The notes beneath the pieces are model-generated. The model was given only the letters and a program-made list of their open reading frames with translations. It was not told the origin of the DNA and searched no databases. A DNA stretch of 64,000 nt from an uncultured Planctomycetia bacterium (lineage in GTDB: Bacteria > Planctomycetota > Planctomycetia > Pirellulales > S012-138), in the NCBI GenBank assembly GCA_963731685.1, contig CAVSWR010000022.1, forward strand, positions 52,985 to 116,984, given 5' to 3'. Position numbers and translations under genes: made by a program. The first letter of the stretch is position 1; each line of letters opens with the position of its first letter. Shown piece by piece: positions 51,902 to 62,930 of this stretch.

Positions 51902-52073
51902 GCACGATTCCCCAAAAGTGGCGAGATAGGCCCATCTTACTCGACGCCGCGGCGAAAGTGGACCCAAAGCTCGAGTGCTTCGCGGACGGCCGCGCTTTTC
52001 GCCGACCGACGCCACCCAAGACGCCGAAACGTCTCGGACCCCAGCGTGTCGATTCAAATTGTGGAAAACGGCG

Positions 52074-52621
52074 TCAGGTTTTCCGTTTCGCCCTGTAGAG
52101 CACGTGGCGGCGCAGGGGATGGCCCTCGGGCAACACGGGATGGTCGAAGTCGTCGGCCGGATCGTGGGACAGGCCGATCTTTTCCATCACGCGGCGCGAC
52201 CGCACGTTGCTCGGCACGGTGAGTGAGACGATTTCGTCGAGCCCGGCTGAGTTGAAGCCGAAATCGAGCGCCGCCCTCGCCGCCTCGGTGGCATAGCCGC
52301 GGCCCCAATACTCCGCGCCCAGCCGCCAACCGATCTCGACCGCCGGCGTGAAGTGCGCTTCAAACCGGGGAAACGCCAGGCCGACGAAGCCCGCGCAGGT
52401 GGTCACGCCGGAGACCTCGAGGCGCCACAACCCGAAGCCGTGCTGGTCGAAGTGCGATTCGATCCGCGCGACCAAGGCGTCGCTCTCCTCCGCGACAGCA
52501 CGCACGGCAGAAACTCGGCGACCCTCGGATCGGCGTTGATCGCCGCAAACGGCGCCCGGTCGTCCTCGCGCCACCGCCGCAACCGCAGCCGCTGGGTGAC
52601 GATTTCCTGTGGCATCGACAA
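52074..52621 (-). CDS. GNAT family N-acetyltransferase (RimJ/RimL-like); 1-nt G-run deletion ~52497
   Basis: IVTQRLRLRRWREDDRAPFAAINADPRVAEFLP...VLSR | EESDALVARIESHFDQHGFGLW...EIGWRLGAEYWGRGYATEAARAAL...VPSNVRSRRVMEKIG. Confidence 0.8.
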
Positions 52622-52934
52622 GGGATGACTCCGAACCAGTAGCTGAAGGATTTGTTGCCCGTTTTACAGCGACCCGTTACGTTAAAAGCAAAGGCTTGGT
52701 CAATCGCCGCGTCAATCAGGGAAGGTGAAGGACACAATTCTCCAACTGCCAAATGTCACACGCGGATGGCGCCGCTGGAGTATACACGAGGGCGTGCCCG
52801 AAGCCATCCGTAACCCGCCGCATTGTTATGCGGAGCGACCCGCTCAGCGGACGCAATCACAAATGCCCGACGCCCAACACAAGCCGAAGCGAAAACGCCG
52901 CTGGCTGACGTACAGATTTCAAATAGGCGCCGTA

Positions 52935-54005
52935 ATGTCGAAGCGATTTTTTCCGTTCAGTTGTGCTATGGTGCTTTTCGTTTCCTCGTTCGCATGTGCA
53001 GCCGACGACGTGCTCTACATTCAGGCGGGACACTACAAGTATCCTCCTTCCGATAGCGATATGCGGACGCGAAAGGACGTGATTCAAATCGATGTTGCGA
53101 ATGAACTAAGAGCACGGGGGATACTCAGTCCGACATACCGTATTGCCCCAACGTCCGCTCAATCGTTGTGGGAGGAGGGCATTTCGACCGCAAGTTGGTG
53201 CAATTGGCCCATCGTTTTCCTGCTTTGAAACTTGTGGTTTTGGATAGCGTGACCGCCGCGGATGTCGCCGAACTCAAAAGAAAGTGGCCGAAGACCGAGT
53301 TTTGGGAAAGCCAGCGGTCTGCAATTGCCGCCATTCGCAACTCGAAGTGGGCGCGTACGCGCGTTGTTCTTCGGGGACGATAGCTTCGTTACTGAACGTC
53401 ACCGACTTCCAAAGGACTTCCCAGAGGTGGACGGCGCACACTCGGAATACGTCGTCGAACTCGTCCGCGACTTCGGGCCCGCCAGTGCGACACCGCCCAT
53501 GAGCAAAAAAGTCCTGCGTCAAATCCCGTACCTGCGCACCCTTAGAAAGTTGGACCTGAGTGATACGGGTGTCGATGACGGGGCCATAAAAGACCTTGTT
53601 CCATCACTTTGTCTACAACGCCTCGCCCTCAACAATACGAAGATCGAGGGGAGCGGGTTGAAGCACGTACATCCGCATAGCGTGAAGGAGTTAAACCTCT
53701 CGAATACGAAGTTTCACGGAAATTGGCTCCGCGCGTTCACCAATCTTCAGGTGTTGAACCTTTCGTCGAGTAGTTTTTCGAACGCGGATGTCGATTCATT
53801 GATGGACATGGAGTCTCTGCGTTGGCTATACATTGATGGAACCGCAGTTGACGTGGATGGCATCGCCGCTCTCAGCCGGCTAAAAGGCCTAAGGCTTCTC
53901 TACCTGGACCGAAGCCTCGAGGGAAGTATTCCTGTAACGACACTTGCCGAGGAGAATGCCCGGCTTAAGATCCGTTTCGTTTCAACCGCAAAAGTAGGAA
54001 GATGA
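52935..54005 (+). CDS. secreted leucine-rich-repeat protein; two compensating frame breaks (~53170, ~53372)
   Basis: Signal MSKRFFPFSCAMVLFVSSFACAADD. LRRs ...LRKLDLSDTGVDDGAIKDL...LQRLALNNTKIEGSGLKHV...VKELNLSNTKFHG...LQVLNLSSSSFSNADVDSL...LRWLYIDGTAVD. G+C is lower than the window background. Confidence 0.65.
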
Positions 54006-54170
54006 TGATCACAGGTGCTCGTCGAAGGCAACGTCAGAACACGATCTTCCTCGCCGCGGCATTGGAGTGCGCCGTTCGCCGCTTGGAAACCGCCGATCGC
54101 GTGCGAGGAACGATCGAGAAGGGCGCAACCGGCAACCTACTGTAGTTAGTGGCCCGCGAACGCCGGCACA

Positions 54171-54644
54171 GTGAATGGGACGGCGGTCGTTCAAATGCGA
54201 CTTCATGAGGTTTTTGTTAACGGCCAGTGGAGGCCGGTCTTTACAGATCCGGCGTGGTGGGCTGCCAATCCGCCGCCGCCAAATGTCCCAACACGGCTCG
54301 CGTACGGGCCCGTCCGTGAAAAAATCGATTGGACCGTTACATTTGTGAACGATAATGGTACGGTGAAGGTAAAAAGCGCCAAGTTGTTCGTCACGGAGCT
54401 TACGCTTGGACTCGACGGCACCACGGGGCGAGTTGCCACTCCGTTGCGCATCATCGATTCGTCGCACCGGCCAGGCGAAGTGTTCAAGGTTGGATACCCA
54501 GCTGACCCCGGCGTGGCGAGGAAGGACTGGGATCCGAATGAGCCGGGCGCACAAGATGACCCGAACACTCCTGGCGATCAGCGAGCGGAACCCGTGACCC
54601 CCATTCCCGACTGGGACACATTAGTAAAGGCGAAGGACAAGTAA
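54171..54644 (+). CDS. hypothetical protein
   Basis: ORF with ordinary composition in the low-GC stretch (...VFVNGQWRPVFTDPAWWAANPP...VKVKSAKLFVTELTLGLDG...). No family recognised. The start is uncertain. Confidence 0.35.
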   Translation: MNGTAVVQMRLHEVFVNGQWRPVFTDPAWWAANPPPPNVPTRLAYGPVREKIDWTVTFVNDNGTVKVKSAKLFVTELTLGLDGTTGRVATPLRIIDSSHRPGEVFKVGYPADPGVARKDWDPNEPGAQDDPNTPGDQRAEPVTPIPDWDTLVKAKDK

Positions 54645-54680
54645 CGAATCCAGCGTCGCAAAGCGATTGGTCAAATACTC

Positions 54681-55875
54681 ATGCTCACAATGAGGAGATT
54701 TATGATGTCGCGGCTGCCGTTTGCAACCTGCATTCTCGTGATGATGCTGTCAAGCGTCTGTCTTGCTATAGAAACTTCCGGCTTTCCGTCTCCGGAGTCT
54801 CCGCAGGAAGAAAGACTGGCCGCGGCGGTTAGGTCTGGCGACCTGGCTGCCGTGAAGACCGCCGCCGAGCACGTGCATGTGAAGGATAAGGATCGACTGA
54901 GGCACTACGTCTTGCGACACGGGTCGGGGGTGATTGCGAGATATCTCAATGCGTATGCTGAACTGGATATCGAGGAGTTGCAAATTGCGGTACTTGAGGA
55001 CGATCTGGAAACCGTCAAGCGATTGCTTCCCGATAGGCCACAGCGTCCGCCGACGGCCTTACGGAACGATGAACATTCTCCTTTGCGGCTTGCCATTCGA
55101 CGCGATAATGTGCCGATGGTCAAACTCCTGATCGGACGGAATGTGTCGGTGGACGATTTCATGTCCACGTCCAGGCCGCCAGGAAGGAACCCCACTGTTC
55201 TGTCGGAGGCGATCCAACTGGGGAACGCCAAGATCGTGCGACTCCTCGTCAAGACAGGAGTCACGCTTGATAAGCCCGGCGTCGCTATCGTCCCTAAGGC
55301 GCAGGCTACGTTCCAGGGGAAGCCCGTCAGCCAGCTATTGGGCTCATTTTGGTGGAAGTCTCTTGCCGCTGACGCGGATCACAAACGGCTCGCCGCGGAA
55401 AAGAAAGCGTTGCTTCAGGAGCTTTTAGACAAGGGGTTGGCCGTGCGCAGTCGACGTGCCCCAAGACAATTTAAACTCCCCTTTGGCCATGAGTATTGCT
55501 ACTGGCCGCGCGAAGGTCGTGGCCGTTTTGCTGAAGGGGGGAGCGAATCCAAACATCTTAATTGGTGGGGAAACGCATCCGCTTCATATGGCGATTCAAA
55601 CCGGACATCCCGGAATCGTCAGGCTTCTGATCGATGCGGGCGCTCATGTGAACCAGCGGGACGCGGCTGGCAGAACGCCGCTGGGCCTGGCATTCTATGG
55701 CAAGGGAGACATCCGCGACATGCTCCGGGCAGCCGGTGCAAGATTGCAACCCCGGATTGGCAGTGAGGAACAAAAGGTATCCCGACCAAAACAGATACAA
55801 GAAATTCCAGAACCTAAGCCCGAGGAACGAACACCGCCCTCGCGCGCGGTACCTACCGAACGTGAAATGACCTGA
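54681..55875 (+). CDS. secreted ankyrin-repeat protein; frame break ~55455
   Basis: Signal RLPFATCILVMMLSSVCLA. ANK-like repeats ...SPLRLAIRRDNVPMVKLLIGRNVSVDD..., ...TVLSEAIQLGNAKIVRLLVKTGVTLD..., and in ORF 55456..55875 ...SPLAMSIATGRAKVVAVLLKGGANPN...HPLHMAIQTGHPGIVRLLIDAGAHVNQRDAAGRTPL. Confidence 0.7.
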
Positions 55876-56218
55876 CGAAAAACCGGTGGCCCACGCGCTC
55901 GCCGTTGGTTGGTCCCCTGGCCCGTTTGGCGATTCTGAACCTGAGGCGCGTGTATCTCGATAGTCTCATCAAGTCGCAGGGGCGCGTTCCCTCCTCCTTG
56001 CGGCAGCAACGTAGGGTCCGCTGTGCGGACCACGCTTGTCGAGGTCGAACTATTTCGCGAAGTTCCGGTGACTCAACACGGTCCGCACGGCGGCCCCTAC
56101 TCGGCTGCGTGCTTGTATTGCAGCCGGAAGTGGCGCTGTGCAAATAGCCAGCGCCGAGAACGGCGAATGTTTAGTTAGACCGTGGCCCGGGCCGTGAGAA
56201 TCTGTTGGCCAGGCGCCA

Positions 56219-57294
56219 TTAGGGCCGAACGCCGACTCGGATTCGGTTGCGATCGCGCCCCAGTTCGAAGGCTTGGGACGCGGAGGCTAGGGGAAGCCAA
56301 TCGGCGACTAGTTCGGCGAAGGGAAAATCGCGATGGCGCCGGGCGAGAAAGCCGACCGCTTCGAGCAGGTCGCGGGGTACGTAGTTGTGTACGCCGCGGA
56401 GCGTGAGATTGCGGCGGACGATTTGCTCCGGAGAAATCGCTACCGGCGGAGTGGGAAACACCGCGCCGATGAGCAGCAGGGCGCCGCCCAGTCGCAGCAT
56501 TGCAAAGCCGCTCTCAAACGCGGCCGAACTGCCGGAAAACTCCAGCGCAACGTCGAAGCCGTGGCCGGCAGTGATTGACGTTGCGGCGGCCGTCAGGTTA
56601 GAGGGCGTGACGGTCCGCGTCGCGCCGAATTGCCGGGCGCGGGGGAGACGGCTTTCGTTCACGTCCACACACACAATTTGGGCCGCGCCGCGATCCTGCA
56701 GCATGGCGCAGGCCGTGAGCCCTAGCAGGCCGGCGCCGAACACACAGACGTTGCGCTCGCGCAGGTCGCCGGCGGCCGACAGTGCGGCGGCGACGGTGGC
56801 GGTGGCGCAATTGGCCGGGCAGGCGACAGCCAACGGCAACTCCTCGGGCAGGCGCAGGATTGCCGTGCCGGGCGCCAGCAGGACGTGCTCGGCCAATCCG
56901 CCTCGCAACTCCCGGCCGGGACGCAGCGGCTCATGGCCGTATTTGACCGCGGCAAGGCATTTTTGCGGCAAACCGCGGCGGCAATAAAAGCACTGGCCGC
57001 AACTGGCGACAATCGACCAGGTGATGCGATCGCCGGCGCGTAGTTCATTGCCCGCGAGGTCGCGCCGGGGGCGGTGTTTCCCAAGGCGACAATCTCGCCG
57101 ACGATTTCGTGTCCCAGGATCATCGGCACGGCGGCCTCGCGGCGGCCGTCGAACGTGTGGAGATCGCTGCCGCACAGCGTGCAGCCGAGGACACGCGCCA
57201 GGATCTCCTCGCCGCGCGGCTGGGCAACATCGACCCGGCGGAGCTCGATATCCCGCGCCGCGCCGTGAAAGATGGCGGCCAGCGATGCGGTCAT
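56219..57294 (-). CDS. zinc-dependent alcohol dehydrogenase family protein (phosphonate-cluster associated type); C-run deletion ~57068
   Basis: ...CTLCGSDLHTFDG...ILGHEIVGEIVALG | ...GDRITWSIVASCGQCFYCRRGLPQKC...VCVFGAGLLGLTA.... The ATG overlaps the upstream gene stop as ATGA (57291-57294). Confidence 0.8.
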
Positions 57295-58592
57295 ACCGCG
57301 CCCTCCGCGGCCGGGGAAGCCGACGCGGCCGGGCTGCGAACCGCGAAATAACGCCAGCCAAACCCCAGGCACAAGAGCGAGAGTGCCGTCGCCAGCCAGC
57401 AGATCCAGACGAAGAATGGCAGGAGGCCGGCGCTGTTGCTCCACGAGTTCCTGGTAATCATCACGACCACATAGCCGAGGTAGCCAAAGGCGTCGGCGAC
57501 GTACATCAAGAAGCCCAGGTTGCCGCGCTCGCGCGTCATCGCCAACAGCCGCTCGAAGACAGTCGTGTGCATCGCGACGTAAGGAAGATACATGCCGAGC
57601 CCGGCGAGCACCATGAAGGGAAAGGCGCCGATGGCCGCGGCTTGCTGTCCGACGAGGGCCGTGATGAGCAAGAGGAACCCGAAGCAGCAGGTTGCCAGCG
57701 AAACGAAGAACGCCAACCGATTATTGCGAATGTACACCACGCAGCCATTCACGGCCAATACGCCCAGCGCGACGAACAGCTCGGAGCGGGTAAACGTGCC
57801 GGGCGTCGCGGGCGCGCCGAGTTCGCGCCACAATTCGGGCGCGAAATCGGCGCGCACGCTGCGCATCACGGTCAGCAACAGAAACATCGCCACCAACAAC
57901 GACAGGCCTAAAGCATAGCGGCCATAGAGCGACCAGCGCTGGCGGCGGTCGAGCGTGTGGCGGGCGGTTCGCGCCGCGACGTCCCGGCGGCTGGGCGCCG
58001 GGATTCGCGCCAGCATCGCCACGGCGACGCACAGCGGTCCGAGAAACAGCAAGCCGGCGAGGCTTGGCATCCAATCTTCCGCGACGCCAAGCTCCAGCAG
58101 CCGGGCGCCGACAGATTTGGTCACGCCGTCGGCCAGGATAAAGCTGGCGCAGAGCCCCGCGGTCATGGCCTCGGTGAGCCGCCGGCCTTCCAAGAAGCCC
58201 AGCACCAATCCGAACACCATCCCCAGGGCAAGTCCATTCAGGAACAAGCAACCGGCGTTCCAGGGGCGCGGAACGGCGCCGAACAACACGAGCGCGGCTT
58301 CCGCCAGTGCGATCAACACCAGGATGGCGATCGCCCTGCGTTGCGGCGGGGTCTCGGAAATGACCTTGATGCCGATAAACTTCGACAACATGTATCCCAA
58401 CACCTGCGTCGACACAACCAGGCTCTTGAAATCGATTCCCCAGACGCTGGCGCCGGCAAAATCGGCCGCGGTGAACGGCTTGCGAAAACCATACATGCAA
58501 AAGTATGTGCCGAACGCCGCGGCGATGGCCCAAACCGCCAGCAGCGATTCTCGCCTGTTGGCGGCCGCGGTTGAGTTGGTTTCGTCGAGCAT
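57291..58592 (-). CDS. multi-pass membrane protein, putative transporter (resembles the DUF5690 type seen next to phosphonatase genes; family name is from memory)
   Basis: About 10-12 hydrophobic helices (…LLAVWAIAAAFGTYFCMYGFRKPF…, …LGYMLSKFIGIKVISE…). Translationally coupled to the ADH gene. Confidence 0.65.
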   Translation of the reverse strand: MLDETNSTAAANRRESLLAVWAIAAAFGTYFCMYGFRKPFTAADFAGASVWGIDFKSLVVSTQVLGYMLSKFIGIKVISETPPQRRAIAILVLIALAEAALVLFGAVPRPWNAGCLFLNGLALGMVFGLVLGFLEGRRLTEAMTAGLCASFILADGVTKSVGARLLELGVAEDWMPSLAGLLFLGPLCVAVAMLARIPAPSRRDVAARTARHTLDRRQRWSLYGRYALGLSLLVAMFLLLTVMRSVRADFAPELWRELGAPATPGTFTRSELFVALGVLAVNGCVVYIRNNRLAFFVSLATCCFGFLLLITALVGQQAAAIGAFPFMVLAGLGMYLPYVAMHTTVFERLLAMTRERGNLGFLMYVADAFGYLGYVVVMITRNSWSNSAGLLPFFVWICWLATALSLLCLGFGWRYFAVRSPAASASPAAEGAV

Positions 58593-58847
58593 CGGGCTTC
58601 CCCATGCAGAGCGTCTCACGGCGCCGATCGCTTACCGGGATTGGCGGAAGCCAGTATACTCAGCCAGCGAGTTGCGCCGGGTTAAGATTTGAAGAGGAAT
58701 CCGAGCAATGAATCCGACACGTGAGTTCGCGGCCGGCGCGGCGCGCCTGCGAAAGTGGGACGCCGCCGCCCAGGTTGTCGGCTTGGAGACGCCGCCGTTG
58801 GATCACTTTACCTCCTTCATTCATCGCGCCGCGCGGGCAGACGCCTC

Positions 58848-59994
58848 ATGACCCAATCGCTCGACGTGGCCATCGTCGGCGCGGGCATCGTGGGGCTGGC
58901 TCACGCCTGGTCGGCGGCCGAACGCGGCCATCGTGTGACGCTGTTCGAGCGCACGCCGCGGGCTGCCGGCGCCTCGATCCGAAACTTCGGCATGATTTGG
59001 CCGATCGGGCAGCCGGCCGGCGAACGGCGTGAGATCGCCCTGGAGAGCCGCGATCGCTGGTTGCGTCTTGGCCGGCGGGCCGGAATCTGGCTGAATCCTT
59101 GCGGCTCGATTCATCTGGCGCATCGCGAAGACGAACGGGCGGTGCTACAAGAGTTTGCAGAACAATCGCACGCGGCGGGTTATGATTGCCTGTGGCTATC
59201 GGCGCCCGAAGTGCTCGACCGCACGCCGGCCGCGAATCCCGACGGCCTGCTGGGCGGGCTGTTCAGTCCCACGGAACTTTGCGTCGATCCCCGCACGGCG
59301 ATCCGCCGATTGCCCGACTGGCTGGGCGAAGCGTTTGGTGTTCGGCGGGAATTTGGCGTCGCCGTCACCGACGTCGACCCGCGGGTTGGTCAGCGCCGAC
59401 GGCCGGCGGTGGGAGTTTGACCTCGCGGTGATCTGCTCGGGCGCGGATTTTGCGACGTTGTTTCCCAAGGTGTTTCACGACTCGGGCATGAAGACCTGCA
59501 AACTGCAAATGCTGAAGACGCAGCCGCAAGCCAACGGCTGGCGCACGGGTCCGCACCTGGCGAGCGGATTGACGCTGCGCCATTATCAAAGCTTCGAGAC
59601 CTGCGAGGGCTTGGCCGCGCTCAAGCAACGCGTTGCGCATGAGACGCCGGAACTCGATCGTTTTGGCATTCACGTCATGGCCGCGCAGAACGAGGCCGGC
59701 GAGGTCGTCTTGGGCGACTCGCACGAGTACGGCCCGGCGATCGAACCTTTCGACAAGACGGAGATCGACGACTTGATTCTCCGCGAGTTACGCAAGATCA
59801 TGCGGTTGCCCGACTGGTCGATCGCCCAGCGCTGGAGCGGTGTTTACGCCAAGTATGAGAAGGACATTTGGTTCGAGGCCGAACCGGCGCCAAACGTCCA
59901 TGTTTGCACAGGGCTGGGCGGCGCCGGCATGACGATGTCGTTTGGGCTGGCCGAGCGTTTCTGGCGCCGAGTGTCGCCGGCGCCGCGGGGCTAA
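58848..59994 (+). CDS. FAD-dependent oxidoreductase (TIGR03364-like, phosphonate-catabolism associated); C-run insertion ~59378
   Basis: MTQSLDVAIVGAGIVGLAHAWSAAERGHRVTLFER (Rossmann GxGxxG) ...DVD | GLVSADGRRWEFDLAVICSGADF...GLGGAGMTMSFG. It is divergent from the transporter/ADH pair and upstream of phnX. Confidence 0.8.
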
Positions 59995-60068
59995 CGGCGG
60001 GCTGTGCAATCACATCCAACACACACGCGTTGTTTCTGCTCGTCCGCCAATAGGGAGCCGGGAGGATC

Positions 60069-60851
60069 ATGCCAGAATTTCAAGCGGTTATCTTCGACTG
60101 GGCCGGAACCACGGTCGACTACGGGAGCCGCGCTCCGACGCAGGCGTTCATGGAGGTCTTCCGGCGGCGCGGCGTGGAAATCACGGAGCCCGAGGCGCGC
60201 GGCCCGATGGGACTCTCGAAATGGGAGCACATCGCCGCCATCGCCAACATGCCTCGCGTGGCCGGTGTGTGGCAAACCGCCCACGGCCGCCCGCCGTCGG
60301 AGGAGGACGTGCGGGCGATGTACGACGAATTCCTGCCGTTGCAGAAGGAAACCTTGGCGCTCAACTCCGATGTGATACCGGGCATTCCCGAGGCGGTCGC
60401 CGAGTGTCGGCGGCGCGGACTCAAAATCGGCTCCACAACGGGCTATACGCGGGAATTGATGGAGGTGTTGGCGCCAATCGCGGCCCGCGGCGGCTACGCG
60501 CCGGACGCTATCGTCTGTTCCGACGACGTTCGCGCCGGCCGGCCGGCGCCGTGGATGAATTTTCGGGCCGCCGAGTTGCTCGGCGTGTATCCCATGACGG
60601 CGGTGGTGGTTGTCGACGACACGCCCGTCGGGATCGAGTCGGGCCGGAACGCCGGCGCCATGACGGTGGCCGTGACGCAGACCGGCAACGCGCTGGGTCT
60701 CACGCCGGCGCAGATCGCCGCGTTGCCCGCCGGCGAGTTAGAGTCGCGACTAGCGGCCATTGGCCAACAGTTTCGCGAAGCCGGCGCCCACTATCTGTTG
60801 CGCAGCGCAGGCCGAACTACCGGAACTGCTGGGCCGACTGGCGTTGGAGTG
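60069..60851 (+). CDS. phnX: phosphonoacetaldehyde hydrolase (phosphonatase); 1-nt insertion ~60805
   Basis: AVIFDWAGTTVDYGSRAP (HAD motif I)...GPMGLSKWEHI...GSTTGYTRE...DDVRAGRPAPWM...VDDTPVGIESGRNAGAMTVAV.... The proper C-terminus ...AELPELLGRLALE is reached only after a frame correction. Confidence 0.85.
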
Positions 60852-61014
60852 ACCCGGCGAATAGGGTTTTGGTATTAGCAATTCGCCGGACCAGAGCAAA
60901 GTGATGATGACCAAGCGCCCCAGGCGTTCCGTGAATCCAAGCATCGCGTTCCGACGCGCAACGACAATGAAAACGCCCCACCGCGCCACACCCGTTGTCC
61001 GATTCAGCCACACG

Positions 61015-61965
61015 ATGCGACTTGCCGTCTTGTGCGGCGCGGCCTGCTGGGCTTCGGGCGGCGCTTCGCCGCTTTCGGCGGCGGCGCCTGTCACGGCGTT
61101 GGCCTTCGCGCCGGACGGCCGCTCGCTGGTCGTCGGGTCTCAACAAGGCTTGTCGGTTGTGCGCTGGCCGCAACTCGACCAACCGCGCAAGTTGTCCACC
61201 CAGGCGGCCGACATTCACGATTTGAAGTTTTCGCCGCGCGGCGACGTGCTGGCGGCCGCCGGAGGCGCGGCGGGAGAAGCGGGCACGTTGGAAACGTACT
61301 CGTGGCCGGAGGGGAAACGACTGGCGCACCGGGCGGAGCGCGACGATGTGATTTACGCCGTGGCCTGGAGCCCGGACGGCAAGCTCATAGCCAGCGCCGG
61401 GTTCGACCGAACCGTGGTGATTCTCGAAGCGGCGACGCTCAAGCCGGCGCGGACGCTTGAGGGGCACTCGCGCGGCGTAATGGCGGTTTGTTTTATCGGC
61501 GACGGCGGCACGCTGGTGACCGCGGGTATCGACCAGAGCCTGCGAGTCTGGAATGTGTCCGACGGTTCCCTGATCCGCGTTTTGGAGCATCACACGCGTC
61601 CGGTTCACGATCTTGCGCCGCGACCCGGCCAAGACGCTGCGGCGCCGCCGATGGTGGCGTCGGTCAGCGACGACCGCACTTTGCGTCTTTGGCAACCCAC
61701 GATCGGGCGGCTGGTGCGTTTCAAACGACTGCCCTCGCCGCCGCTGGCCGTGCGTTGGACGGGAGACGGACAGCGGGCGGTGGTCTCGTGCGCCGACGGG
61801 CGCGTTCGCGTGATCGATCCCGATACGGTGCAGGTCGTGGCCGACTTGCCGGGAATCAACGGCTGGGCCTACAGTCTGGCAATTCAGCCGGGAAACGCTC
61901 GCGAGGCAGTCGTGGGAGGGGCCGGCGGAACGCTCAAGCGAATCCAGCTTCCGGACCAGCGGTGA
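61015..61965 (+). CDS. secreted WD40 repeat protein
   Basis: Signal MRLAVLCGAACWASGGASPLSAA. Repeats ...FAPDGRSLVVGS..., ...VAWSPDGKLIASAGFDRTVVILE..., ...GHSRGVMAVCF...TAGIDQSLRVWN..., ...ASVSDDRTLRLWQ.... The start is uncertain (60901/60967/61015). Confidence 0.75.
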   Translation: MRLAVLCGAACWASGGASPLSAAAPVTALAFAPDGRSLVVGSQQGLSVVRWPQLDQPRKLSTQAADIHDLKFSPRGDVLAAAGGAAGEAGTLETYSWPEGKRLAHRAERDDVIYAVAWSPDGKLIASAGFDRTVVILEAATLKPARTLEGHSRGVMAVCFIGDGGTLVTAGIDQSLRVWNVSDGSLIRVLEHHTRPVHDLAPRPGQDAAAPPMVASVSDDRTLRLWQPTIGRLVRFKRLPSPPLAVRWTGDGQRAVVSCADGRVRVIDPDTVQVVADLPGINGWAYSLAIQPGNAREAVVGGAGGTLKRIQLPDQR

Positions 61966-62033
61966 GTCGCGGCATTGGCCAAACGGCAACGTCACGCAGC
62001 GCAGTAGAATGAATCGCACAACGCGAAGGCGCC

Positions 62034-62501
62034 TCAATCGTCTTGGGGCGGCTCGCCGGGATCTTCGATCACGATCCAATCCTCGTCAGCGCCGGCCCGG
62101 TCGTCGCCGGTCCGGAGGTTGATGTGGTCCAGCAAGCGGGGAAACTCGCCCTGGTGCTCGTATTCCACACGAAACACCAAAGGCCCCACAGTCAACAAGT
62201 CGCCCGGCCTGAGGACGGATTGGGTGACACGGGTCTCGCCGACGAACGTGCCGTTGAGAGAATCGAGGTCGCGCACCACCAAGGCGCCGTCGCGCTCGCT
62301 GATTTCGCAATGCAGCCGGCTGACCGTGTTGTGCATGATGAGCAGCGTCGCCCCACTGCCGCGCCCCAAGGTGGCGGGCAATTTGAGATCGATCCGCCGC
62401 TTGGTGGCATTGCCGCCCACAACGATCAGCCGCGCATCGAGTGACGGCTCGTCGGGCAGCAGGCCGGAGTCGGATTCAATGGACGAAATGCTGGACATCA
62501 T
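62034..62501 (-). CDS. FHA domain protein
   Basis: ...LGRGSGATLLIMHNTVSRLHCEISERDGALVVRDLDSLNGTFVGETRV...GDLLTVGPLVFRV. Confidence 0.8.
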   Translation of the reverse strand: MMSSISSIESDSGLLPDEPSLDARLIVVGGNATKRRIDLKLPATLGRGSGATLLIMHNTVSRLHCEISERDGALVVRDLDSLNGTFVGETRVTQSVLRPGDLLTVGPLVFRVEYEHQGEFPRLLDHINLRTGDDRAGADEDWIVIEDPGEPPQDD

Positions 62502-62865
62502 GCGGTGCTTCGAGTTGCTCGGACCCCCGCGCCTTGCCGATTCTAATTGTAGGCGGCGAGCACAAACTGGGCAATTCGAGTGCAGCGCGGCGCGAAAGCC
62601 ACGGCATGGTCGCGATTATCGCAAAGAGGAGTAATCGCGGGGGCGCCGGATCGTCGGCCGACAGACGTCATAACCTGTGGCTTGAAAACTGCTTGCGCAA
62701 AAACTACGGGGTGCGAATCGCCCACGCCCTGCGGGCGCGAAGCTCGCGGCCTTGAACTTGACATTGCTCCGATTTCGGCGACTTTTGGCTGCAAAGTCGA
62801 CCGTAGGCGCCGCAAGCCAACGAGAAAAAACGCTGGTGCTTTGTTACACCTTGATTTTAGGGTAG

Positions 62866-62930
62866 CCGAACTCGTGAGAGTTCGGGAATTCGTTACTGCG
62901 ATTGAACTTACAGAAGTCTCACGACTTCTG
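62866..62930 (-). terminator. two 8-bp hairpins with tetraloops downstream of the esterase gene (possible terminator or small structured RNA)
   Basis: 62911-62930 cagaagtc-tcac-gacttctg (GTGA loop when read on the minus strand). 62866-62885 ccgaactc-gtga-gagttcgg. They lie in a short AT-richer spacer 36-100 nt after the stop at 62966. No clear U-tract. Confidence 0.35.

Noticed and set aside
56015-56031. REP-like palindrome ggtccgc-tgt-gcggacc in a 'gtagggtccgc...' context.
   Set aside because: There is only one copy in the window, so I cannot show it is a dispersed repeat family from this sequence alone.
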